Source: Thermoplasmatota archaeon
GTDB taxonomy: Archaea; Thermoplasmatota; Poseidoniia; Poseidoniales; Thalassarchaeaceae
DNA: 64,000 nucleotides
NCBI GenBank assembly: GCA_036138175.1
Contig: JAZAAK010000043.1
Coordinates: forward strand, 20,610-84,609
Direction: 5' to 3'
Part shown: one piece after another, positions 27,911-37,259 of the stretch
How the letters are laid out: each line of letters opens with the position of its first letter
Numbering within the stretch: position 1 is the stretch's first letter
The notes under the pieces: model-generated
Database searches by the model: none
What the model saw: the letters and a program-made list of their open reading frames with translations, nothing else
What the model was told of the DNA's origin: nothing
Made by a program: the position numbers and the translations under genes

Positions 27911-27929
27911 ACGACATCTACGATGTCGT
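27911..27929 (+). terminator. Hairpin ACGACATC-TAC-GATGTCGT after a stop codon
   Basis: Perfect 8-bp stem with a TAC triloop, 2 nt after the TAA at 27906-27908 and 47 nt before the ATG at 27976. Confidence 0.35.
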
Positions 27930-27975
27930 CTCCATTGGATTCAAGGTTCGCCGGCAGTCTCGCGGGTTGATTGCG

Positions 27976-29586
27976 ATGGACAGGTTGCCGACCCGAGTCG
28001 ACCGTTCCGGCCAAGATTGGCAGCGTAGAAGGGAGCAAAACCTTGCCTTAGCTGCCGACCTCAAGGAGCGATTGGAAGCAGTAAAACAGGGTGGCGGCGG
28101 AAAATATGTCGAGAGGCATCGTTCTCGAGGAAAGATGCTTCCTAGAGAGCGAATAGCAAAAATTTGTGATCCAGGAAGCCCTTTCTTGGAATTCTCTAGT
28201 CTGGCCGCGAATGAACTGTATGATGGTAAAGCCCAGTCGGCTGGAATCATTACCGGAATCGGCTTAGTTCATGGTCGAGAATGCCTATTCGTTGCAAACG
28301 ATGCTACTGTCAAGGGCGGATCCTACTACCCTATGACGGTGAAGAAGCATATTCGAGCCCAAGATGTTGCAGATGCTAACAATCTACCATGCATCTACCT
28401 TGTCGATAGCGGGGGGGCATTCTTACCGATGCAAGACGAGGTTTTTCCTGACATCGGTCACTTTGGCCGCATCTTCCGAAATCAAGCCATGATGTCGGGC
28501 AAAGGAATTCCACAGGTAGCAGCGGTTCTGGGAAGTTGTACAGCAGGAGGTGCATACGTTCCAGCAATGTCGGATGAATCGATTATCGTCAAGGGAAATG
28601 GAACAATTTTCCTCGCTGGGCCACCACTGGTGAAGGCGGCTACAGGCGAGGAGGTTAGCGCCGAAGATTTGGGCGGCGCTGATGTTCACACCAGAGAATC
28701 TGGTGTGGCTGACCATTTTGCGGAAAATGAGGAGGAAGCCCTACGCATGGTTCGTAATGTTGTAGAGAATCTCAACATCGAGCCAAAGCAAAGATTGGAC
28801 GTTAAGCCAGTAGAGGCACCCGCTCACGATACTGAGGACTTGATGGGAATAATCCCCACAGACAATCGTACACCATTCGACGTTCGCGAAGTAATCGCTA
28901 GAATCGTTGACGGTTCTCGCTTCCACGAGTTCAAATCGCGATATGGTAATACCTTGGTTTGTGGCTTTGCCAGAATACACGGTTATCCTGTCGGGATAGT
29001 AGCAAACAATGGGATTCTATTCTCCGAATCATCTCTCAAAGGTGCTCACTTTGTCGAATTATGCGGTCAGCGTGGAGTGCCACTAATCTTCTTGCAGAAT
29101 ATTACCGGATTCATGGTTGGCCGTGACGCTGAGTCAGGCGGTATTGCAAAGGATGGTGCTAAACTCGTAACCGCTGTATCTTGTGTCCCTGTTCCCAAAT
29201 TTACAGTAATTATCGGAGGCTCTCATGGGGCTGGAAATTATGGAATGTGTGGCCGAGCATACGACCCACGATTCCTATTCATGTGGCCCAACGCAAGAAT
29301 TTCTGTAATGGGTGGGCCACAAGCAGCGGATGTTCTTGCTACAGTCAAACAAGATCAACGAGCCCGAGAAGGATTGTCTCCGATGTCGGGCGAAGAATTG
29401 GAGGAGTTCCGTCGACCAATTCTAGAGAAATATGAGACTGAAGGCTCACCTTACTACTCAACCGCCCGTCTTTGGGACGATGGGGTAATCGACCCACGTG
29501 ACACTAGGGATGTCTTAGGACTAGCAATATCGGCGAGCCTTAATGCCCCATTCCCAGACAATGGATATGGCGTTTTCAGGATGTGA
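27976..29586 (+). CDS. mccB: Acyl-CoA carboxylase carboxyltransferase (beta) subunit, 3-methylcrotonyl-CoA carboxylase type
   Basis: [52 protein letters not shown] and [16 protein letters not shown] are typical of MCC/PCC beta subunits. The start is taken at ATG 27976, not the ORF-track 27901 that overlaps the upstream gene. Confidence 0.85.
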   Translation: MDRLPTRVDRSGQDWQRRREQNLALAADLKERLEAVKQGGGGKYVERHRSRGKMLPRERIAKICDPGSPFLEFSSLAANELYDGKAQSAGIITGIGLVHGRECLFVANDATVKGGSYYPMTVKKHIRAQDVADANNLPCIYLVDSGGAFLPMQDEVFPDIGHFGRIFRNQAMMSGKGIPQVAAVLGSCTAGGAYVPAMSDESIIVKGNGTIFLAGPPLVKAATGEEVSAEDLGGADVHTRESGVADHFAENEEEALRMVRNVVENLNIEPKQRLDVKPVEAPAHDTEDLMGIIPTDNRTPFDVREVIARIVDGSRFHEFKSRYGNTLVCGFARIHGYPVGIVANNGILFSESSLKGAHFVELCGQRGVPLIFLQNITGFMVGRDAESGGIAKDGAKLVTAVSCVPVPKFTVIIGGSHGAGNYGMCGRAYDPRFLFMWPNARISVMGGPQAADVLATVKQDQRAREGLSPMSGEELEEFRRPILEKYETEGSPYYSTARLWDDGVIDPRDTRDVLGLAISASLNAPFPDNGYGVFRM

Positions 29587-29590
29587 AATT

Positions 29591-30460
29591 ATGCAAGGCA
29601 CGAAAATGAGTGACGCAAAACCCGTAGCCGAACTTTGTAGCCTCGAGATAGATGGCGCTATTGCGAGGCTAACACTACGCCGCTCAGATGTATTCAACGC
29701 CCTAAACGTACAGTTGATTTCAGAAATGGTCGAAGCGCTAAGTTGGACCGCACAGAGATCAGTAGGGGCGACTCAATCCCTGCACGATTTTGACGGCGCC
29801 CAATATCTGCGCGTAATTGTTCTTCGCGGAGATGGAAAGCACTTCTGCGCCGGCGCGGACATCAATATGATGCGAGATGCCGGCGCGGCAACACCAGAAG
29901 AAAATCGAGCAGATTCAGAAAGACTTGATCGTCTATTCTATTCACTTTGGGCTCATCCTTGCTTTACCGTTGGTGCAGTGCAGGGTGTAGCCCTTGGAGG
30001 AGGCGCAGGACTCGTAGCCTGCGTCGACCACGTAATTGGTGAACCACGTACAAGAATCGCTCTTTCCGAAGCCAAATTAGGTATTCTTCCAGCAGTAATT
30101 GGACCCTATGTGTATCGTAAGTTAGGTAGTGCCGAATTCCGCAGACTTTCGATGCTGGCTAGCAGAGTTGGTTCAGAAGAAGGACTACGAATTGGTTGGC
30201 TAAACGAAGTAGTTGATTCACCTCTAGACTTCGATGAGGCTATCGGACGAGTAGTTGCAGATGTGATGACTACCGGTCCAATGGCGGTGGCTGAATCTAA
30301 GAAGCTGGCCATGACCTTCGATACTTGGAATGCAGGAGATGATGAATTACGACTTTGGACACTCGATAAGACAAGCCAAATGCGCGGTTCTAGGGAAGGT
30401 CAAGAAGGCCTCTCCTCATTCCTTGAGAGAAGAAAGCCGGATTGGGTACCAGAAGAGTGA
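29591..30460 (+). CDS. Enoyl-CoA hydratase/crotonase family (methylglutaconyl-CoA hydratase-like by context)
   Basis: Crotonase oxyanion segments GDGKHFCAGADINMM and ALGGGAGL. Located between the MCC beta and alpha genes. Start is ATG 29591 or 29606. Confidence 0.75.
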   Translation: MQGTKMSDAKPVAELCSLEIDGAIARLTLRRSDVFNALNVQLISEMVEALSWTAQRSVGATQSLHDFDGAQYLRVIVLRGDGKHFCAGADINMMRDAGAATPEENRADSERLDRLFYSLWAHPCFTVGAVQGVALGGGAGLVACVDHVIGEPRTRIALSEAKLGILPAVIGPYVYRKLGSAEFRRLSMLASRVGSEEGLRIGWLNEVVDSPLDFDEAIGRVVADVMTTGPMAVAESKKLAMTFDTWNAGDDELRLWTLDKTSQMRGSREGQEGLSSFLERRKPDWVPEE

Positions 30461-30469
30461 GTTGGCATA

Positions 30470-32023
30470 ATGATTCCAGATTGGATGACCTCGGCTCCTC
30501 GCCCATTCGATACGGTCTTGGTTGCTAATCGAGGAGAGATTGCAGTCAGGGTTTTACGGGCTGCCAAAGAATCTGGACTTCGTGGTGTTGCGGTTTACTC
30601 CGACCCTGATGCAGGCTCCCTACACGTCGAAAATGCAGATCAGGCTGTGCATCTTCCAGGTACTACTCTAGCGGATACTTACCTCAATGGAGATGCCATT
30701 ATCGAGGCCGCCCGCTCTACGGGTGCTCAAGCGATTCATCCAGGTTTTGGATTCCTTTCTGAGCGGGCTGATTTTGCAAATGCGGTCAAGGCTGCAGGTC
30801 TAATTTGGATTGGACCACCTGCAGATGCAATCGACACAATGGGTGACAAGATTTCTGCCCGCCGCTGTATGATAGAATCAGGAGTTCCAGTAATTCCTGG
30901 TGAAGAAATTTCCATCGGAGGTGATTCTGATCATCTAGGTGTTTTAGCTTCTGCAGCGGCTCGTGTTGGTTATCCTCTCTTGCTGAAAGCAAGCGCTGGG
31001 GGCGGAGGAAAGGGAATGCGCTCAGTACACGAGCCGAAGATGCTGCGAACAGAATACGAAGCTGCGGCTAGAGAAGCAACCGCAGCATTCGGTGACGGCA
31101 CCGTATATGTTGAGAGACTTCTGAAAGGTGCCCGTCACGTCGAAATCCAAGTTCTAGCAGATAGTCAAGGGAATTGTATTCACTTGAACGAAAGGGATTG
31201 TTCACTACAACGCCGCCATCAGAAAGTAATCGAGGAAGCTCCGAGTCCAGCAGTTACTCCTACAATTCGAGAAGCGATGGGTGAAGCGGCTGTTCAGGCA
31301 GCAAAGGCGGTCGATTACGAAGGAGCAGGAACAGTTGAGTTCCTACTTTCTGACCGAGGTGAATTCTTCTTCTTAGAAATGAATACCCGTCTTCAAGTAG
31401 AGCATCCGGTAACCGAGATGATTACTGGAATAGACATTGTACAGAAGCAATTTGAAGTTGCAGCAGGATTACCACTTGGATTGTCTCAATCCGATATAGG
31501 AATCACTGGTCATTCTATGGAAGCCCGAATCTATGCAGAAGATCCCAGCAAAGGATTCCTTCCAGCAATTGGTACCCTAGCGATGTGGCGTGCACCAGCT
31601 GGCCCTGGAATTAGGGTCGACACTGGCGTTCGAGAAGGAGATGCGGTGACAGTCGACTTCGATCCGATGTTGGCTAAATTAATCGTTCACGCCCCAACAA
31701 GAACTGCAGCTGCAAGACGCTTAGATAATGCACTCTCCGACCTAAGGGCTCTTGGAGTAATAACAAACATTGGATTCCTTCGTCAAATGACTACCCATCC
31801 GGATTTTATTTCGGGTGGAATAACTACTGATTATTTGGATTCCAGAGATATTTCTGATTTCGCTGAGCCAGATCCAGATCCTGCTATTCTTGTGGCAATT
31901 GCCGCAGCAGCAAGTAGATTCGGACTTGACCTTGCAGGCTCAGGGTCATCTGAGTCGTTTATCGATGAACATACAGGGCACAGCGGAGACCCATTTAGGA
32001 CCTTGACGAGGTCATTTCCCTGA
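30470..32023 (+). CDS. mccA: Biotin carboxylase subunit (MCC alpha without a BCCP domain)
   Basis: ATP-grasp biotin carboxylase motifs VANRGEIAVRVLRA, GYPLLLKASAGGGGKGMR and EMNTRLQVEHPVTE. The ORF ends before any AMKM motif. Confidence 0.9.
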   Translation: MIPDWMTSAPRPFDTVLVANRGEIAVRVLRAAKESGLRGVAVYSDPDAGSLHVENADQAVHLPGTTLADTYLNGDAIIEAARSTGAQAIHPGFGFLSERADFANAVKAAGLIWIGPPADAIDTMGDKISARRCMIESGVPVIPGEEISIGGDSDHLGVLASAAARVGYPLLLKASAGGGGKGMRSVHEPKMLRTEYEAAAREATAAFGDGTVYVERLLKGARHVEIQVLADSQGNCIHLNERDCSLQRRHQKVIEEAPSPAVTPTIREAMGEAAVQAAKAVDYEGAGTVEFLLSDRGEFFFLEMNTRLQVEHPVTEMITGIDIVQKQFEVAAGLPLGLSQSDIGITGHSMEARIYAEDPSKGFLPAIGTLAMWRAPAGPGIRVDTGVREGDAVTVDFDPMLAKLIVHAPTRTAAARRLDNALSDLRALGVITNIGFLRQMTTHPDFISGGITTDYLDSRDISDFAEPDPDPAILVAIAAAASRFGLDLAGSGSSESFIDEHTGHSGDPFRTLTRSFP

Positions 32024-32034
32024 GGTGAAAAAAG

Positions 32035-32535
32035 ATGGAGTGGAGTATTGGAGAATCGGATGTTCGTTACACCGCCAAATTGTCCGATTCAGAGGGCACA
32101 CTAAGCCTCGCGGGGATGACTAGGGAAGGACACGAAGCACCACATTCTGAAATTGGCATTACCCGAGATTCGCAAGGCGCTAGGCTCCTTGTCGACATAG
32201 ACGGTTCCGCGCACATCGCGCACCTAGCAAAGGTTGCTGATGATTGGTGGATTCACATCAATGGGCGAATCCATGTAGTTCATGGTCACGAACCAGGAAG
32301 CGCTGATTCTACCGCAGGCGAAGGTGGTCTAACCGCCCCGATGCCTGGAACTATTCTCAAGGTGCATACGAAAGCTGGACAAAGAGTTCGCGAAGGCCAA
32401 ACTTTGCTGGTTATGGAAGCGATGAAAATGGAGCACAGAATCCAAGCGCCGAAGGCCGGTGAAGTACTTTCAGTCAATTTTGCAGAAGGCGATAGAGTCG
32501 ATATGGGAGCAACTTTAGTTGAGCTCGGCGACTGA
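32035..32535 (+). CDS. Biotin carboxyl carrier protein (separate BCCP)
   Basis: Biotinyl-lysine motif LLVMEAMKMEHRIQAP in a 166-aa ORF, 11 nt after the biotin carboxylase gene. Confidence 0.85.
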   Translation: MEWSIGESDVRYTAKLSDSEGTLSLAGMTREGHEAPHSEIGITRDSQGARLLVDIDGSAHIAHLAKVADDWWIHINGRIHVVHGHEPGSADSTAGEGGLTAPMPGTILKVHTKAGQRVREGQTLLVMEAMKMEHRIQAPKAGEVLSVNFAEGDRVDMGATLVELGD

Positions 32536-32567
32536 ATTATGCCGGCATTGGATTCAATAGTGGCCGT

Positions 32568-33164
32568 TTGTTCGCTGTAATCGTGAACGAATTCGACATC
32601 ATTCTCGCATTATGTATGGGATTAGGCCTTGCGGCAGCCTCTGGATTCCGTGTTTTCCTACCGCCTTTCCTACTTTCTATTGCTGTCAGAGCTGATGCTG
32701 TGGACGTTGATTTGACAAATTCATCATTGGAATATTTCGATTCTAATGTTGCGGTAATTCTCCTAGGAGTCGCTACAATAGCCGAACTTGCAGCATACTA
32801 TGTTCCATGGGTCGACAACCTGTTGGATTCAATTGCCAGTCCAGCAGCAATTATTGCAGGTACTGGAATGACCGCAATCGTTCTAGGAGGAACAGACCCA
32901 GTAATTCAGTGGGCTCTAGCAATCATCGCTGGTGGTGGAGTAACCGCAGCGGTGCAGGGTGCAACAGTTGTAACCAGAGGAGTCTCCACTGCCATAACTG
33001 CCGGAATTGGTAACCCAGTTGTCTCGACAGGTGAAAATATAGCAAGTTTGATTCTTTCAATACTAGCAATTTTCTTGGCTCCTTTAGCAGCAGTCTTAGC
33101 TCTGATTTTATTGGCAATGATTGTAAAAATGATGGCTAAGAAAGCCAATCCTTCGAGCGCCTAA
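32568..33164 (+). CDS. Small polytopic membrane protein, DUF4126-like
   Basis: Gly/Ala-rich TM helices. GLGLAAASGFRVFLPPFLLSIAV resembles DUF4126 as I remember it. TTG/GTG start. Confidence 0.45.
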   Translation: MFAVIVNEFDIILALCMGLGLAAASGFRVFLPPFLLSIAVRADAVDVDLTNSSLEYFDSNVAVILLGVATIAELAAYYVPWVDNLLDSIASPAAIIAGTGMTAIVLGGTDPVIQWALAIIAGGGVTAAVQGATVVTRGVSTAITAGIGNPVVSTGENIASLILSILAIFLAPLAAVLALILLAMIVKMMAKKANPSSA

Positions 33165-33175
33165 ATTCAATTTAG
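33161..33175. terminator. 15-nt palindrome CTAAATT-C-AATTTAG spanning both stop codons of a convergent gene pair
   Basis: The + gene stop TAA is at 33162-33164 and the serS stop (TCA on +) at 33167-33169. The 7-bp arms are perfectly complementary. Confidence 0.3.
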
Positions 33176-34456
33176 CGGATTGAGAATTGTTTGACCACCC
33201 ATATGTGGAACTAGAACATCAGGAACTCGCACAGTTCCATCTTCGTTCTGATATTGCTCCATAATCGCCACTAGAGCCCTGCTGGTGGCAACCGCAGTAG
33301 AATTCAGAGTATGAACTGCGGAATTTCCTTCGGCAGTGCGATATCTCATCCGTAGGCGATTAGCTTGGTAATCGGTGCAATTTGAGCATGAAACAACTTC
33401 TTTGTATGCATTTGCACCAGGCAACCAAGCCTCTAGGTCGTATTTCTTCGAGGCAACAGTTCCCATGTCACCTGTGCAGATATTTACTACTCTGTAATGC
33501 AGACCTAGGCTATCCCATAACTCAACTGCATTGGTGAGTAACTCCTCATGATGTTCCCAGGAATCATCTGGCTTGCAAATGACAATTTGTTCGATCTTGG
33601 TAAATTGGTGTACTCTCCAAATTCCCCGATCTGACAACCCATGTGCTCCTACCTCGCGTCGGAAGCAAGAAGATACACCAACCAACTTAATCGGTAATTC
33701 TGATGGTTCGATAATTTCATCCATTCTCATCGCAGTGAGTGGATGCTCGCTAGTTGCGATTAGGTAGTATTTGTCTGGTTCAATACCATACATGACAGTC
33801 TCAAAGTCACCCAAATCAGTGACGCCTTCGTAGGCCTCACGGTTCATCATAAGCGGTGGTTGCACCAAGGTGTAGCCGCGCTCCATGAGGAAATTAGCAG
33901 AGTAACTCTGTAGAGCCATTTCTAGTCGGGCAAGGTCACCCTGAAGGAAGTAGAAGCGAGAACCAGTTACCTTCGCACCTCTAGAAAGGTCAACCCAATT
34001 ATTCATCTCGATCAGGTCGTTATGATTACGCGCTTCGAATCCTAACTCACTCTTGTCCCCGTGTAAACTATGTAGGGTATTTTTCTGGTCATCTTCTCCT
34101 ACCGGAACTGACTCATGGAGGATATTTGGAACTCGCATTCTAATTGCATCTCTCTCTGCCAAACAGGAATCGACTTTTTCACTTAGAGCATCAATATCTT
34201 GCCCGAGACTGGCAACCTCAGCTAAAATTGCGTCTGCAGCGGTGGAATCCCCCGATTTCTTAGCTTCCGCAATACCTCTAGCGGCCTCATTTCGCTTTTT
34301 TCTGAGTTGGTCGACATCATATCTTGCTTGCCGCCATTTTTCATCGAGACGGATCACCTCGTCGATGTTGTCATGAGGCATCTCTCGCTTGTCATGATCA
34401 GCCCTAAGCACCTCTGCGTGCTCTCGGAACATGCTCATGTCCAGCATAACTACCAA
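33167..34456 (-). CDS. serS: Seryl-tRNA synthetase (type 1)
   Basis: N-terminal coiled-coil arm followed by a class II core: GSRFYFLQGDLARLEMAL, YLIATSEHPL, FRREVGAHG and TLNSTAVATSRALVAIMEQYQ. Confidence 0.95.
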   Translation of the reverse strand: MVVMLDMSMFREHAEVLRADHDKREMPHDNIDEVIRLDEKWRQARYDVDQLRKKRNEAARGIAEAKKSGDSTAADAILAEVASLGQDIDALSEKVDSCLAERDAIRMRVPNILHESVPVGEDDQKNTLHSLHGDKSELGFEARNHNDLIEMNNWVDLSRGAKVTGSRFYFLQGDLARLEMALQSYSANFLMERGYTLVQPPLMMNREAYEGVTDLGDFETVMYGIEPDKYYLIATSEHPLTAMRMDEIIEPSELPIKLVGVSSCFRREVGAHGLSDRGIWRVHQFTKIEQIVICKPDDSWEHHEELLTNAVELWDSLGLHYRVVNICTGDMGTVASKKYDLEAWLPGANAYKEVVSCSNCTDYQANRLRMRYRTAEGNSAVHTLNSTAVATSRALVAIMEQYQNEDGTVRVPDVLVPHMGGQTILNPLN

Positions 34457-34520
34457 ACCTCAGGGTTCAACACTTAGACTTCAATGAATCGGGCAATCTG
34501 ACTCTAAAGAGCGCGATGCA

Positions 34521-35561
34521 TTAGATGAAAGTAATCGCCTGAAACACGTGTTCGGGCCCTACAGTCAATATGGTACTGATGATGTATCCCAGTATTGCTC
34601 CACCATTTAACAGTGGCAATCCTGGTTGTGGATTACCTTGAGCAACAAACGCCATTAGTAAAACATATCCAATTAGTCCTCCGATAAGTGTCCCGATTGC
34701 CACGAGTAATTGGGCCAAGAAAATATCTCCGTAAGGGTTCCAAATCTCTGGTCCCCAATCTGGTAAGAAAGTAATTGCTGAGATGACTAACATACCGGGG
34801 AAGATAACGTCCCCTAGACCCATGAATAAGGCATCTCGACTCTTCTTTTTTGGTTTCTTATCCTCCCACCAATCATCTATTTCTGCTTCCATTACTTCTG
34901 TAGGTGGAGGTGGTGAATCTTGCATTATGTCTCCTTCTTGTTCTAGGAAAGAGTATCCCTTTTCCTTTGGAGCCACGAGTAAAACAGGCAGTTTGAGTCC
35001 GATCATCGTATCTGCAAGTTCAAGCATATGCTTGCTTTTGTGAACTGCCCAATAATCGTAAATTGCCGCTAAAAGCATGAAAATTATGACTAGTGTTGGA
35101 ACGAATGAGATTCCAATCATCACGATTACTCCCGAACCGACCATTACTCCAACTGAATTCACTACCCACCATTCTGGATAGCGATACAATGCGACCTCGG
35201 CTACAACGGTAATGGCAAGTGCAGATAGCGCGACAGTAACGGGTGTAGCGAATCCAAGAATGTAGAGAATGAGCAAGATAAATGGTTGGACTGCATACCA
35301 TAAGCTTAGTCCGAGGGCGAGCAAAACTATTCCCTTGATGAGGTAATCTAATCCCTTGCGGGCTAACCAAATAATTGCCACCGTGAAAATCCCAATCATC
35401 AATAGTTCAAACAATATAAACCCAGATTTCGTAGTCCCTTCTTCCCCGAATGCTCTAGCCTCTGGAATATCATATAGCGGTTGAATGAACATACCGATTC
35501 CTATAGTCACAATGAACATTCCAGCCATGCCAACCATCGATTCCCATTGCTCCATCATCAT
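34521..35561 (-). CDS. Presenilin/signal-peptide-peptidase homologue (peptidase A22, intramembrane aspartyl protease)
   Basis: AAIYDYWAV (Asp codon at 35055-35057), FMGLGDVIFPGML (Asp at 34809-34811) and a PAL-like PGLPLL, in a protein of about 9 TM helices. Start taken at the MMM cluster (35561) rather than ORF-track 35711, which would overlap the folC start. Confidence 0.8.
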   Translation of the reverse strand: MMMEQWESMVGMAGMFIVTIGIGMFIQPLYDIPEARAFGEEGTTKSGFILFELLMIGIFTVAIIWLARKGLDYLIKGIVLLALGLSLWYAVQPFILLILYILGFATPVTVALSALAITVVAEVALYRYPEWWVVNSVGVMVGSGVIVMIGISFVPTLVIIFMLLAAIYDYWAVHKSKHMLELADTMIGLKLPVLLVAPKEKGYSFLEQEGDIMQDSPPPPTEVMEAEIDDWWEDKKPKKKSRDALFMGLGDVIFPGMLVISAITFLPDWGPEIWNPYGDIFLAQLLVAIGTLIGGLIGYVLLMAFVAQGNPQPGLPLLNGGAILGYIISTILTVGPEHVFQAITFI

Positions 35562-35667
35562 CTCGATGACACTTTCACTTCGGTCGGACACAATCTCCCC
35601 CAAGTTCAAGTTCCATATCACCTTGACCCGTACCCGCGTCCTATAGGGGCGCGGCGGTTGTGTAGCA

Positions 35668-36888
35668 ATGGAAGACCGAGAATGGCTCATGGATAGGCGA
35701 TTTGCCGGCATGAATCTCGGTTTGCAAAGAATAGAGTTGTTACTACAGAAGATGGATAATCCACAATTGGATTTCCCATCGATTCATGTCGCCGGAACGA
35801 ATGGAAAGGGAACTCTGTGTGCCTTTCTTTCCAGCGCTGCGGCAAATAGCGGATTGAAGGTAGGTCTGTTTACTACTCCACATCTTGTTGTCATTGAAGA
35901 GAGGGTTCGTATCGACGGAGAGGTAATCGATTCGCGGACTTTCGATCAGCATCTTTCTGCGGTTCGTGCTGCTGCTGTAGAAGTTGGAAAAGAATTAGGC
36001 GAAGAACCAACCTTCTACGAATGCACATTTGCAATCGCCATGCTAGCCTTTTCTCACGCTGGCATAGATCGAGCAATAATCGAAACCGGATTAGGCGGAG
36101 AGGGTGATGCGACTTGTTTGGTGGATGCAGACCTATGCGTCATTACCACCATTGGCCTCGACCACACCGAAATACTCGGGGATACTCGTGAGCAAATCGC
36201 TCGCGCTAAAGCTGGAATTCATCGTGAAGGTGTGCCAATGGTGGTTTACCATCCCGGCGACCAATCCGTTTTGCAAACGATTGCCGAGGTAGTCGGTGAC
36301 GACTTGTATGTCCATGAGGGATTAGAAATTGACAATTATTGGGAAGATTGGTTCATTTTTGCAGGATATATTGCTACAACATTTGGATGGGAATTACCAT
36401 CAAATGATATCAATTGGCCCGGTCGTTCTCCAAATTGGCCACCAAAGGAATTGTTTAATTCAGAAATTAGGATTAGCGCTGCTCACAATGCCGATGGTTT
36501 GCAGGCCGAATTAATGTCAATTCAAGAGCCGACAATTCTTCTCATCGGAGTTACTCAAAAGGCCAATTTGGAAGAGGCTTTAGCCGATGTAACAAGTGAA
36601 GTTTGGCATATGCCAACATTCCGTCACATCATCGTTACAGAACCAACCACTGGGAGAAATCCAGCGGTGGATGCAAAGGAGCTCGCTGATTTGATTTTTT
36701 CAAATAGATTGGACGAACCAAAAATCGAAAGAGATCCAACAAAGGCTCTTGAAATCGCAGAAATCATGTCAAGGCAAGCGGGTTGTAGTATCTCCGTTAT
36801 GGGTAGTGTATATCTTGTCGGAGATTTGCTAAAGTTTGCTGTAGAAAGAAGCCATGGCGACCTTTGGGAGCACCTTCGCGTACATTGA
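35668..36888 (+). CDS. folC: Folylpolyglutamate synthase / dihydrofolate synthase
   Basis: Mur-ligase P-loop IHVAGTNGKGT and ETGLGGEGDATC...TTIGLDHTEILGDT. Start is ATG 35668 or 35689. Confidence 0.85.
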   Translation: MEDREWLMDRRFAGMNLGLQRIELLLQKMDNPQLDFPSIHVAGTNGKGTLCAFLSSAAANSGLKVGLFTTPHLVVIEERVRIDGEVIDSRTFDQHLSAVRAAAVEVGKELGEEPTFYECTFAIAMLAFSHAGIDRAIIETGLGGEGDATCLVDADLCVITTIGLDHTEILGDTREQIARAKAGIHREGVPMVVYHPGDQSVLQTIAEVVGDDLYVHEGLEIDNYWEDWFIFAGYIATTFGWELPSNDINWPGRSPNWPPKELFNSEIRISAAHNADGLQAELMSIQEPTILLIGVTQKANLEEALADVTSEVWHMPTFRHIIVTEPTTGRNPAVDAKELADLIFSNRLDEPKIERDPTKALEIAEIMSRQAGCSISVMGSVYLVGDLLKFAVERSHGDLWEHLRVH

Positions 36889-36923
36889 GAATCAAAAGGG
36901 ATGACCCACTTCGGAGGCCAAGT

Positions 36924-37250
36924 ATGACATCCAAGGCAGAGGACAAGGTCGAAATTGTTGTTCAGGTTGAGTCCAAGGACACTAGTTCCAAAGTCATCCT
37001 CATAATGCTGATTATCGTCCTTTTTGGCTTGATAATTGCAGTAATGATGGGAGGCGGTCCAGATGCCCTTCTATCGAGTGATGAAGATAGAGGCGTTGGA
37101 AATTGCGGCGATGGTATAGACAATGACAAAGGAGGTCAGGCAGACCGCGATGACCCTGATTGCTATGCAAATCCAGAAGTTTGGGAGGGCTATGACCCGA
37201 GTCGTACAGAGGCCAACCGAGATAACGACCCTCCTGGTGGGCGACCCTGA
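36924..37250 (+). CDS. Small membrane-anchored protein with Asp-rich Cys motif CGDGIDNDKGGQADRDDPDC
   Basis: ATG 36924 is preceded by GGAGG (36914-36918). One TM helix (VILIMLIIVLFGLIIAVMM). Motif at 37104-37163. Confidence 0.55.
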   Translation: MTSKAEDKVEIVVQVESKDTSSKVILIMLIIVLFGLIIAVMMGGGPDALLSSDEDRGVGNCGDGIDNDKGGQADRDDPDCYANPEVWEGYDPSRTEANRDNDPPGGRP

Positions 37251-37259
37251 GGTGGAAAC

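Noticed and set aside
32541-32550. Palindrome ATGCCGGCAT downstream of the BCCP gene, considered as a possible terminator or binding site.
   Set aside because: It is a 10-nt self-complementary sequence with no loop, too short to separate from chance, and it recurs nowhere else in the window.
35562-35711. N-terminal extensions in the ORF track: presenilin homologue to 35711, sdhC to 52799, the Cys-rich lipoprotein to 54475, the PLC-like protein to 42579, mccB from 27901, nuoM from 18291, MC1 from 48766.
   Set aside because: The extensions overlap neighbouring genes or promoters and are non-hydrophobic where a signal or TM segment is expected. Internal starts have better RBS or lipobox context, so the shorter models are used.
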